A stretch of DNA of 64,000 nt. Source: Acidobacteriota bacterium. Its GTDB lineage: Bacteria > Acidobacteriota > Thermoanaerobaculia > Multivoradales > J023. Positions 9,423-17,901 of the stretch are shown piece after piece. A program made the translations under genes and the position numbers. Location of the stretch: the NCBI GenBank assembly GCA_029263355.1, contig JAJCXQ010000420.1, forward strand, positions 1,540 to 65,539, in the 5' to 3' direction. Every line of letters begins with the position of its first letter. Positions within the stretch are counted from its first letter, which is position 1. Below the pieces are notes generated by a model. The model was not told the origin of the DNA, searched no databases, and worked only from the letters and a program-made list of their open reading frames with translations.

Positions 9423-10057
9423 GAGGTGCAATCTTGAGGAGGTTGAATCTGGCGCTCTTCCTTGGCCTGAGCGGCAAAAGCCAGTTGATTCTTGCCCGGT
9501 TTCCAGGTTGTATTGGTGATCTGGTCGAATTCGCGCAAATGAAGGTCGGGAGCGCGATGACACTCGAGGCACCATGCCATCGACAGCGGCTCCGTCTGGG
9601 TCACGACTTCCATGCTCCGGATATCCCCGTGGCAACTGGAGCAGCCGACTCCGGCTCGAACATGAACCCCGTGATTGAACACTGCGTAGTCGGGAATATT
9701 GTGGACTCGAACCCACTCTACCGGCTGGCCGGAACTGAAGCTGTCGCGGATCACCGCCAGCTTCTCGCTGTCGCGTGTCACCAACTGATGGCAGTTCATA
9801 CAGACCTGGGTGGGAGGTACCGATGCCACTGCGGCGATCTCGACCTGCGCGTGGCAATATCGGCAATCGAGCTCCAACTCGCCAGCGTGTAGCTGATGGC
9901 TGAACGGTACCGGCTGTTCGGGCTGATAGCCGACATCGGTAAACTCCGGAGAGAAGTAATACCAGATCAGCACAGGAGCCACCGCCGCTACCGCCACCAA
10001 ACCGCCGACCAAATAGAGCGGAGCTTTATTGGTCCATTCTGGAAAAATCTGTGGCAA
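9410..10057 (-). CDS. actA: alternative complex III pentaheme cytochrome c subunit ActA
   Basis: Five CxxCH motifs (CRYCH, CMNCH, CSSCH, CLECH, CTSCH) after one N-terminal TM helix. TTG start at 10055-10057 lies 8 nt after AGGAGG. 13-nt overlap with actB. Confidence 0.85.
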   Translation of the reverse strand: MPQIFPEWTNKAPLYLVGGLVAVAAVAPVLIWYYFSPEFTDVGYQPEQPVPFSHQLHAGELELDCRYCHAQVEIAAVASVPPTQVCMNCHQLVTRDSEKLAVIRDSFSSGQPVEWVRVHNIPDYAVFNHGVHVRAGVGCSSCHGDIRSMEVVTQTEPLSMAWCLECHRAPDLHLREFDQITNTTWKPGKNQLAFAAQAKEERQIQPPQDCTSCHR

Positions 10058-10438
10058 GGACTAACCTCCTGCCAGGTGGAGGATTAAGGTCACTGTCTTG
10101 ACTTGAGCGCGGGAAGGATAGCCGTGCAGTTCGGGAACTGTCAAGGGACGAAGCTAGGCCCCCGGGCGTAGCTTCCCGAGCCTCGACGACCGTCCTACCT
10201 GCACCTCTGAGAGCTGACGGTATGACGATCATGAGACCTGAAGGTATGACGATGAGAATGACGGTCAGGAGGCTATCCGAGGTCTCCTGGATGCGATAAC
10301 ATCCACATTTAGACTCGTCTCGTCCATCTCGGCAGTGAACGCCAAAGGGCAACGGGTGAGGCGTAGATCGGATCGGATGACTTACGTATCACCGCACGAG
10401 TCGAGAGACTCTATCCTCGCTCCGCGCGGGAGGTGACA
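10058..10438. promoter_or_regulatory. divergent intergenic region between the actA operon and the receiver-domain gene
   Basis: 381 nt non-coding. Direct repeat GGTATGACGAT at 10218-10228 and 10243-10253. Inverted repeat GAAGCTA/TAGCTTC at 10150-10156 and 10169-10175. No promoter hexamers could be assigned confidently. Confidence 0.3.
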
Positions 10439-10843
10439 ATGCAAAGCGGGACGACCCACGTCCTTCTGGTGGAAGACGAAGACGCACACGCCGAGCTGAT
10501 TCAGCTGTCCTTCGAGTCCCAACCCAACCTGCATTTGACGGTTGTGAGGACTCTCGAACAAGCCCGCCAGAGCGTTGCCCGTGCCACCCCTGATCTGGCA
10601 ATCATCGACTCCTTGCTCCCCGATGGCCCTGGGATCGAGTTTGCAGCGGATTTGGCGGCGCCATCGCAATGCCCGGTGATCCTTCTGACCAGCCAGGCAG
10701 ACCAAGCCATGGAACAGCGGGCTTTGGAGGCGGGCGTTGCCCGCTACGTCGTCAAGTCTGAGCTCACTCTGATCGAAATGCCCGACATCGTTGAAGACAC
10801 GCTCCGCGTGTGGCGCGCACACCGGCCCAGCGCCTCGCCCTAG
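10439..10843 (+). CDS. single-domain CheY-like response regulator
   Basis: HVLLVEDEDAHAELI...DLAIIDSLLPDGPG...LLTSQ...YVVKS receiver pattern. ATG at 10439 is preceded by GGGAGG; the track start GTG at 10433 is also possible. Confidence 0.8.
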   Translation: MQSGTTHVLLVEDEDAHAELIQLSFESQPNLHLTVVRTLEQARQSVARATPDLAIIDSLLPDGPGIEFAADLAAPSQCPVILLTSQADQAMEQRALEAGVARYVVKSELTLIEMPDIVEDTLRVWRAHRPSASP

Positions 10844-10916
10844 TCCCCTTGAGTCTTTCCCTTCAGACGATTAGAGTAACTAGCCCTCCTATGTTCTCAG
10901 CGCAAAAGAATGACTC

Positions 10917-11483
10917 TTGGATCATCCGGTCAACAGGTGTCACGTCAACAGGCATCAGATTGTGAGTGCGCCACCTTTCGAGATCCTGCTCGTCGAGGAC
11001 AATCCGGACCACGCGGAGCTTGTCAAACGCAGCCTGGAAGATCATCCGATCGACAACACGATCCATCATCTCAGCGATGGCGAAGCGGCTCTCGCCTACC
11101 TGTTTCGGCCAGGAGTTGACACCGATCTCCGTGGCCACCATCGCCCCCACATGGTGTTGCTTGATCTTCGCCTTCCCAAAGTCGATGGCCTCGACGTGTT
11201 GCGTGAAATTCGTAACGCCCGAGAGCTCGACGAGGTGCCGGTGATCATTCTGACCACATCGAGTGCCGAGTCGGATGTCAAAAAAGCCTACCAATCACAT
11301 GCCAATAGCTTCCTTGTCAAACCGAATGACTTCCAGACGTTCGACGAGCTCATCAAGGCCCTTGGCACTTATTGGCTAGGCTGGAACCACGATCAGGGCA
11401 AAGCGCTGTCGAAATCGAGCACCACGCCTCGACGTGTCCGGAATCAGACTCCGCCCCCGTATTCCTCCAGCGAAGGTTCATGA
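10917..11483 (+). CDS. single-domain response regulator (Rcp1-like receiver)
   Basis: ILLVEDNPDHAELVKRSL...VLLDLRLPKVDG...ILTTS...ANSFLVKP. The start is uncertain: ATG 10917 or GTG 10962. Confidence 0.75.
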   Translation: MDHPVNRCHVNRHQIVSAPPFEILLVEDNPDHAELVKRSLEDHPIDNTIHHLSDGEAALAYLFRPGVDTDLRGHHRPHMVLLDLRLPKVDGLDVLREIRNARELDEVPVIILTTSSAESDVKKAYQSHANSFLVKPNDFQTFDELIKALGTYWLGWNHDQGKALSKSSTTPRRVRNQTPPPYSSSEGS

Positions 11484-11959
11484 GCCAATTCGAGACCAAG
11501 ACGATGAACGGAAATGCCCTGAACATTCTCTTCGTGGAAGATAATCCAGACCATGCCGAACTGGTGATGCGCAGCTTTCAAGATCACCGCGTCGCCAACA
11601 CCATCCATCATCTCACCGATGGCGAAGCTGCCCTCGACTATCTGCTGCGGCGCAACGCCTACAGCGATCCGCAGAAGAGCCCACGTCCTCACGTGGTGCT
11701 GTTGGACCTACGATTGCCCAAGGTAGATGGCCTGGAAGTACTCAAAGTCATCCGCAGCTCGCAAGGTTTGGAAAAGATCCCCGTTGTCGTACTCACGACC
11801 TCGCATGCGGAGCTCGACGTCGGCAAGGCTTACGAATATCACGCCAACAGTTACCTTGTGAAACCCTTAGACTTCGAAAAGTTCACTAATTTGATGGATG
11901 ACCTGGGTTTTTATTGGCTCGGATGGAACCACTATCCCTGGCCAGGCACCAGTTCGTGA
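11480..11959 (+). CDS. single-domain response regulator (Rcp1-like receiver), tandem paralog
   Basis: ILFVEDNPDHAELVMRSF...VLLDLRLPKVDG...VLTTS...ANSYLVKP. ATGA overlap with the previous gene at 11480-11483. Confidence 0.8.
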   Translation: MSQFETKTMNGNALNILFVEDNPDHAELVMRSFQDHRVANTIHHLTDGEAALDYLLRRNAYSDPQKSPRPHVVLLDLRLPKVDGLEVLKVIRSSQGLEKIPVVVLTTSHAELDVGKAYEYHANSYLVKPLDFEKFTNLMDDLGFYWLGWNHYPWPGTSS

Positions 11960-11992
11960 TTCGCTTCCACCGGAAATAATACGGAGCAGCCG

Positions 11993-13555
11993 GTGAGCAA
12001 ACAGGACATTAATGTTCTATTGGTCGAAGATGAAGAGGCTCACGCCGAGCTGATACGCAGATCGTTCGAACCTCGCGCCGAGATGATGCGCCTGACCGTG
12101 GCGACCAGCCTGCGAGAGGCGCGCTCTCACCTGAACGAGACCAAACCGGATCTCGCGTTGATCGATCTCTTGCTTCCCGATGGCAAGGGGATCGAGTTAC
12201 TTCCGGCAGAAGACGAGGAACCGCAGTATCCGATCGTCATCATGACTAGCCATGGTGACGAAGAGGTCGCGGTCGAAGCGATGAAAGCTGGGGCGCTGAA
12301 CTACGTCGTCAAGTCGGGAGAGACCCTTTCGAACATGCCTCAGATCGTTGAGGGCGCGCTGCGGGAATGGGGGCATGTCGTCGAACGTCGACGAGCCGAG
12401 GAGGCTCTACAGGTCAGTGAGGCGCACTTTCGGTCGTTGATAGAAAACGCTCTCGACATCATCACCGTGGTCGACCAACAAGGGACCATCCACTACGCCA
12501 GCCCATCGATGGAGAGGGTCCTCGGCTACACTCCTGATGATCGTACCGGAACCAACATGTTCGGTTTGCTACATCCGGAAGACAGAGAGCACGTCATCCG
12601 AAAGATTTTTTCGTCGTTCGATCAACCCGGTAGCACAAACTTTTTCGAGTCACGTTACCGCCACAGAGATGGCTCGACGAGAGTTCTAGAGGCCGTCGCC
12701 AGCACCCGAGCTCAGACTGATGGCGAGATGCGAGGAGTGATCAATTCTCGCGACGTGACCGACCGCAAGCGTGACCAGGAGGAGAATGCGAGGCTCGAGG
12801 AACAGCTCCGCCACTCACAAAAATGGGAAATCATCGGCAGCCTGGCGGGCGGCATCGCCAACGAGTTCAACAATATGTTGACGCCGATTCTGGGCTTCGC
12901 ACAAATGGCGATCGACGAAGCGCCCGCCGGCAGCAAGGTCCAAAAGAGATTGGAGCACATCCTCACCGCCGCCGACCGCTCCCGCGGGCTGGCGGAACAG
13001 ATCCTCGCCTTCAGCCGGCAGGCTGAGCCCCAGCGTAAAGCGGTGCAACTCGACGACATCGTCGCCGATGCCCTGAAGCTGCTGCGCCCCTCGCTGCCGA
13101 CCAATATCAAGATCCGCTACGAAGTCGACCTCGTGCACAATTCCGTCATCGCGGATCCCGATCAGATGCATCAAGTCTTGATGAATCTTTGCACCAATGC
13201 CCATCATGCGATGCTGGAGGGAGGGACGCTGGAAGTCCGCCTCACCGATATCGAGGTGGATTCAGAGAGCGAACGGGTCCATCAACGTCCTCGAGAAGGT
13301 TCTTATGTACGTCTGACGATCAGCGACACCGGTCACGGCATGGATTCCGAGACCAAAGAACGGATCCTCGAGCCCTTCTTCACCACCCGCGGTACCGCCG
13401 AACGGAGCGGACTCGGCTTATCGGTGGCGCATGGCATCGTAGTGAGCCATGGCGGTGAGCTCATCGTCGAGAGTGAGCCGGGCAAGGGGACCTCGATTCA
13501 CGTCTATCTGCCGCAAGCCGAACGCGTGCCCGAACGGGAAGCCAAAGCTTCCTGA
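11993..13555 (+). CDS. cytoplasmic REC-PAS-HisKA-HATPase hybrid sensor kinase with a degenerate H-box (His to Asn)
   Basis: N-terminal receiver (VLLVEDEEAHAELI...DLALIDLLLPDGKG). PAS region (FRSLIENALDIITVVDQQGTIHYASPS). H-box reads LAGGIANEFNNML where this kinase class has AHDFNN. N, G1 and G2 boxes are intact (NLCTNAHHAM, DTGHGM, GLGLS). No TM segment. Confidence 0.8.
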   Translation: MSKQDINVLLVEDEEAHAELIRRSFEPRAEMMRLTVATSLREARSHLNETKPDLALIDLLLPDGKGIELLPAEDEEPQYPIVIMTSHGDEEVAVEAMKAGALNYVVKSGETLSNMPQIVEGALREWGHVVERRRAEEALQVSEAHFRSLIENALDIITVVDQQGTIHYASPSMERVLGYTPDDRTGTNMFGLLHPEDREHVIRKIFSSFDQPGSTNFFESRYRHRDGSTRVLEAVASTRAQTDGEMRGVINSRDVTDRKRDQEENARLEEQLRHSQKWEIIGSLAGGIANEFNNMLTPILGFAQMAIDEAPAGSKVQKRLEHILTAADRSRGLAEQILAFSRQAEPQRKAVQLDDIVADALKLLRPSLPTNIKIRYEVDLVHNSVIADPDQMHQVLMNLCTNAHHAMLEGGTLEVRLTDIEVDSESERVHQRPREGSYVRLTISDTGHGMDSETKERILEPFFTTRGTAERSGLGLSVAHGIVVSHGGELIVESEPGKGTSIHVYLPQAERVPEREAKAS

Positions 13556-13590
13556 GGACTCATCCGACCGCCCTTCCGGCCTGTCGGTTG

Positions 13591-15519
13591 TCAATCACGT
13601 TCCAGATAGGTATATCCCGCCAGTCCTTCTTCATAGGTGCGTAACAGCTGTCGCGCTTGTTCACGGCTCATGCGCCGCAAACGTATGGATTTTTCGGACA
13701 GCTTGCGTACCCGCGCCATCAGCCCGTCCCGCCGATAGCCAACATACCCCAAGACGTCCATCACGGTATCACCCTCGACCACATGGTCGATCCGGTAGCC
13801 GCCCTCCTCGTCGAGGGTGACGTGGACGGTGTTGGTGTCTCCGAAAAGATTGTGCAAGTCGCCAAGGATTTCCTGATAGGCGCCGACCAGGCAAACCGCA
13901 AGGTAGTAGGGTTCATCACGGAGCTCGTGGAGATCCAACACCGGCCTGTCACCTTGCCCTGGCGTTTGCGTATTGATGAAGTGATCGATCTTGCCGTCGG
14001 AATCGCAGGTCATGTCTGCGATCACCCCGAAGCAACTTGGCTTCTCATCGAGACGGTGGATCGGGACCACCGGAAAAAGCTGATCGATAGCCCACGAATC
14101 AGGCATCGACTGAAAAACCGAGAAGTTGCAGAAGTAGGTATCAGCCAGCGCCGGCTCGACGCTCTCGAGCTCTGGCGAAACCAGTGCCTCGCCACGCACA
14201 ACATGGCGCATTTTGTGACAAACGGCGCCATAGATATCCTCAGCCAGCGCTCGATGCTCGAGGGATAGGTGGCCAAGGCGAAACAGGCTCAGACATTCCT
14301 CTCGATACTGCTGCACATCATGGTAGATCTCGCGGGCGTTGTGCGTCGTGAGCTCATGGAAGGAGTCCAACATGTTGCTCAAAATCGGTTCGGTATCGGA
14401 CGGCAGCTCGGCCGGCAGCGAGCCCAGCAGAGGTTCTCCGACACCGAGTACCTCGACGACCAGCAGCGCGTGATGAGCGACCGTTGCCCGACCTGCCTCA
14501 GTCACTAAGATGGGGTGATCGACGCCAGCTGGGTCACAGACTTCCTTGACGCCAAAAACCACATCGTTAGCGTACTCTTGCAAGCTGTAGTTGACCGACG
14601 ACCTCTGAGCTGCCTGAGAACCATCGTAGTCAACTCCCAACCCGCCGCCGACATCGAGGTACCGCAGTGGCGCCCCCATCCGCACCAGGTTGACATAGAT
14701 CTGGCTGCCCTCACGCAACGCCACCTTGAGGTTACGGATAGACGCGATCTGGCTACCGAGATGGAAGTGTAAAAGCACAAACGCATCGAGCATCCCTTCC
14801 TGGCGCAGATAGTCGGTGGCAGCGAGCAGTGCTCGAGCACTGAGTCCGAACTTTGAGCGATCACCGCCCGACGCCTCCCAATGACCCGCGCCTCTTGTAG
14901 CTAGCCGCATTCGGATCCCGATCTGAGGATGGATTCCAGTCTTCTTTGCCGCCGCAACGATCAACGGTAGCTCCGAGAGCTTCTCGACCACCAACACAAC
15001 CTTGGGCCCTAGTCGGGACGCCAAAAGTGCGGTCTCGATGTACTCTTCATCTTTGTAACCGTTGCAGATGATCAACGCCTCGGGGTCAGACAGGACGGCG
15101 ATCACCGCCAATAATTCCGGTTTGGAGCCAGCCTCCATACCAAAATGGAAGGGTCGCCCGTATCTCGCCAGATCCTGAACCAGGAAGCGATTCTGGTTGA
15201 CTTTGATCGGATAGACCCCGCGATAGTCACTATTGTACTCGTTGTCGCTGATGGCTCGATGGAACGCGGCATGAATCTCATTGACGCGTGCCTCCAGCAA
15301 ATCGGAAAATCGGATCAAGAGGGGTGACACGATGCCGCGCTCTTTGACCTCGTCAACCAACGCTTTGAGGTCGAGGGTCTTCGAATGCTCAACGTCGGGA
15401 CCTACCTCGAGATGGCCGCGCTCGTTGACCGAAAAGAAGCCACGGCCCCAGGTATCAATCCCGTAGAGATCAATTGCGTCTGTGATCGACCAACCATCCA
15501 AAGGACGCTTCTCATCCAT
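13591..15519 (-). CDS. speA: biosynthetic arginine decarboxylase
   Basis: WSITDAIDLYGIDTWGRGFFSVNERGHLEV...LLIRFSDLLEARV...YRGVYPIKVNQ is the SpeA N-terminal signature. ATG at 15517-15519 lies 7 nt after AAGGAGA. Confidence 0.85.
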   Translation of the reverse strand: MDEKRPLDGWSITDAIDLYGIDTWGRGFFSVNERGHLEVGPDVEHSKTLDLKALVDEVKERGIVSPLLIRFSDLLEARVNEIHAAFHRAISDNEYNSDYRGVYPIKVNQNRFLVQDLARYGRPFHFGMEAGSKPELLAVIAVLSDPEALIICNGYKDEEYIETALLASRLGPKVVLVVEKLSELPLIVAAAKKTGIHPQIGIRMRLATRGAGHWEASGGDRSKFGLSARALLAATDYLRQEGMLDAFVLLHFHLGSQIASIRNLKVALREGSQIYVNLVRMGAPLRYLDVGGGLGVDYDGSQAAQRSSVNYSLQEYANDVVFGVKEVCDPAGVDHPILVTEAGRATVAHHALLVVEVLGVGEPLLGSLPAELPSDTEPILSNMLDSFHELTTHNAREIYHDVQQYREECLSLFRLGHLSLEHRALAEDIYGAVCHKMRHVVRGEALVSPELESVEPALADTYFCNFSVFQSMPDSWAIDQLFPVVPIHRLDEKPSCFGVIADMTCDSDGKIDHFINTQTPGQGDRPVLDLHELRDEPYYLAVCLVGAYQEILGDLHNLFGDTNTVHVTLDEEGGYRIDHVVEGDTVMDVLGYVGYRRDGLMARVRKLSEKSIRLRRMSREQARQLLRTYEEGLAGYTYLERD

Positions 15520-15713
15520 CCTCGATTCTCCTTGGTACGGGTAGGTTTGGGAGCGTGACATTAGCACGCACTGGACGTCTATTCACCATTTCGAATCTGG
15601 CCTACAGCTCAGCATCGCTAGTAAGATTTCGCCTCCTGCACCCAAGTGCTCTCGCGCCCACAATACCGGTCCACATGCCGGTCCACAGCGCCGGCACCTT
15701 CTTGGAGATCAAA

Positions 15714-16694
15714 ATGTCGAATCAGTTCGCAGCGGTCAAAGAGTTCATGCGACACCACTACCGACACTTCAACGCCCGAACTGTGGTCGAAGCCTCCCAA
15801 GGTTGGGTCGATCAACTCGCCGCCGGCAACAAGATGTTCCTTACAATGGCCGGCGCCATGTCGACCGCCGAGCTCGGCATGACCGTGGCATCATTGATCC
15901 GCGAAGACAAAATCCACGGTCTGTGTTGCACCGGCGCCAACCTGGAAGAGGATCTCTTCAACCTGGTGGCCCATAACTCCTATCGACGAATTCCCGATTG
16001 GCGCAGTCTCACCGCAGAACAAGAGCTCGAGCTGGCGCAGCAGGGGCTCAACCGGGTCACCGACACCTGCATTCCAGAAACCGAAGCCATGCGCAAGATC
16101 GAAGCTGCGGTGCTCAACCGCTGGCAGCAGGCCGACAGAGCTGGCGAGAGCCATCTTCCGCACGAGTATCTCTACCAGGTGATCCGTGGCGGCGACGTTG
16201 CTGGAGAGTATGAGATCGACCCGACCGACTCCTGGCTAGTGGCGGCGGCCGAGGTTGATCTACCGATCTTCGTTCCTGGTTGGGAGGATTCAACTCTCGG
16301 CAACATGTTCGTCGCGAATCAGATGGTAGGCAACATCCAGAATCTCAGCACGGTGACGGGTGGACTCGGGTACATGAAAAAGCTGGTGCACTGGTATCTG
16401 GAGCAAAGCCGAAACCATGGAATCGGCTTCTTTCAGATTGGCGGCGGAATCGCGGGTGACTTTCCGATCTGTGTTGTGCCTTTGATCGAGCAAGATCTAG
16501 GTAGGTCGGTTCGAATGTGGTCGTACTTTTGCCAGATAAGCGACTCGACAACGTCCTACGGCTCTTACAGTGGCGCCGTACCGAACGAAAAGATCACCTG
16601 GGGCAAGCTGACTCCGGAATCACCTAAGTTCATCATCGAGTCCGACGCCACAATCGTCGCCCCGCTCGTCTTTTCTTACGTCCTGGCGTCGTAG
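15714..16694 (+). CDS. deoxyhypusine synthase family protein (bacterial homospermidine-synthase-like)
   Basis: FNARTVVEA...MFLTMAGAMSTAELG...KIHGLCCTGANLEEDLFNL...FQIGGGIAGDFP. ATG at 15714 is preceded by GGAGA; the track's upstream extension was rejected. Confidence 0.75.
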   Translation: MSNQFAAVKEFMRHHYRHFNARTVVEASQGWVDQLAAGNKMFLTMAGAMSTAELGMTVASLIREDKIHGLCCTGANLEEDLFNLVAHNSYRRIPDWRSLTAEQELELAQQGLNRVTDTCIPETEAMRKIEAAVLNRWQQADRAGESHLPHEYLYQVIRGGDVAGEYEIDPTDSWLVAAAEVDLPIFVPGWEDSTLGNMFVANQMVGNIQNLSTVTGGLGYMKKLVHWYLEQSRNHGIGFFQIGGGIAGDFPICVVPLIEQDLGRSVRMWSYFCQISDSTTSYGSYSGAVPNEKITWGKLTPESPKFIIESDATIVAPLVFSYVLAS

Positions 16695-16788
16695 CGAGGG
16701 CACAGCCTCGAACTCAGACTATTCCGCGGGGTTTTGGTAAGGCCCTTATTTTCAACTCGTTGTGAATTACCGAGACGTCGAGATCGGC

Positions 16789-17544
16789 TCACTCCTCGTC
16801 GGTACCTGGGTCGCCTTCTAGAATACTGTCCTCCGAAGATTTGTCCGCGGACTCGATCGGTGGGTTGAGCAGTTCTTCCAACGTTTCAGAAGCCTGGGCG
16901 AAGCGCTCCTTGGCGGCTTCCAAATGTTCCGCCTCCGGAACCTGCTGGAGTGCCGCCAGACTAGAGGCCAATGCCCGACACGTCGGTTCCAGAGCAGCGT
17001 GAACCTCACAGTCTTCGAGCGGCGGCAGCCGGCCCTCGAGTTGATTGACCCGGTTACGCCAGATCCGGCCCCACAAACGCCATCGGTTGCGAATAAGCAG
17101 CGCTCGTGTCTCGTTGGTGGAGTCGAGTCCCGAGAACTCTGAAAGCTCATCTAGACCTTCCGCGACCAGTACCTTCGTGGCCTTGGGCAACGGCCGGAGG
17201 GCGTTCTCGATGTCGACATAAGCCCACGCCGGCCTCTCCGGCTCCGCGCTCTTCGGAGCCGGAGAGGCCGGAGTGTCCAGGGGATCGGTCACCACCTCCG
17301 GCGTCCGCTGGATGTTCGGTAACCAGCGGTCAACAGCTGGGGCGACCGAAGAGCGCAGCGCATAGAGCAGCCAGCCAGCGGCCACGATCAAGACGATCGT
17401 CAACGCCCAGGCCCATCGCAGAGCGCTCTCGGATCCAGAAGAGCTCAGCGCGATTCGCAGGTTGGAGGATCGCAAGTTCTTGCGATCCGGATCTGGTCGC
17501 TGCAGAGCGCCTTCTACTGGCGGCTTCGAGGTTGGCTTCGACAT
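16789..17544 (-). CDS. hypothetical single-pass membrane protein
   Basis: One TM helix (WAWALTIVLIVAAGWLLYAL) and an acidic C-terminus; no recognisable domain. The start is uncertain: 17544 is preferred over 17667 because 17545-17667 is low-GC and carries operator-like repeats. Confidence 0.5.
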   Translation of the reverse strand: MSKPTSKPPVEGALQRPDPDRKNLRSSNLRIALSSSGSESALRWAWALTIVLIVAAGWLLYALRSSVAPAVDRWLPNIQRTPEVVTDPLDTPASPAPKSAEPERPAWAYVDIENALRPLPKATKVLVAEGLDELSEFSGLDSTNETRALLIRNRWRLWGRIWRNRVNQLEGRLPPLEDCEVHAALEPTCRALASSLAALQQVPEAEHLEAAKERFAQASETLEELLNPPIESADKSSEDSILEGDPGTDEE

Positions 17545-17618
17545 CAGCAGAGACCAGAAGCTACCACAAGCGATTCGGTCACGAAACAACAAACAATGCC
17601 AACTAGATAACCAGCTCC

Positions 17619-17743
17619 GATATCGACACAGAGATATTAACAACAGAAATGTTTGGCGATGATTCACTCAGGTTCCAGCGCTCAGTCACGAGACAACAGA
17701 AAAAACCAATCAATCGGCGCACTGATATCAGTTTAGTGATATT
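17619..17743. promoter_or_regulatory. paired operator-like motifs GATATC-N8-GATATT (two copies)
   Basis: GATATCgacacagaGATATT at 17619-17638 and GATATCagtttagtGATATT at 17724-17743. Spacing within each pair is identical and the copies are 105 nt apart. The second copy sits within the 12-bp palindrome ACTGATATCAGT (17721-17732). Confidence 0.35.
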
Positions 17744-17872
17744 CGCAAAGGAACTATTCGACAATGATTCCCTGGAGTTCAAGTCTCGGTCTACCGCCTC
17801 GAAATAGGCAGGGTCGCTGTTTGCGACAGCCCGATCTTCTCATTCATTTAGAGCAGCAAAACGAAAAGACTA

Positions 17873-17901
17873 TTGACTCAGGGGCTGAATCGGTATTTAT
17901 T
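17873..17901 (+). promoter_or_regulatory. candidate sigma70-type promoter for the NRPS operon
   Basis: TTGACT (17873-17878), 17-nt spacer, TTTATT (17896-17901), in the low-GC intergenic region upstream of 18134. Hexamer match only. Confidence 0.25.

Noticed and set aside
9423-9866. N-terminal 148-aa extension of the 1136-aa actB ORF in the track
   Set aside because: It lies entirely inside actA in another frame, is Arg/Ser/Pro-rich nonsense, and the canonical ActB N-terminus with the twin-arginine signal begins at the Met at 9422.
17545-17667. Longer start (GTG at 17667) for the hypothetical gene 16789..17544
   Set aside because: The extension is low-GC, encodes an implausible Cys/Trp/Leu-rich peptide, and contains one of the GATATC-N8-GATATT motifs. 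The start remains uncertain.
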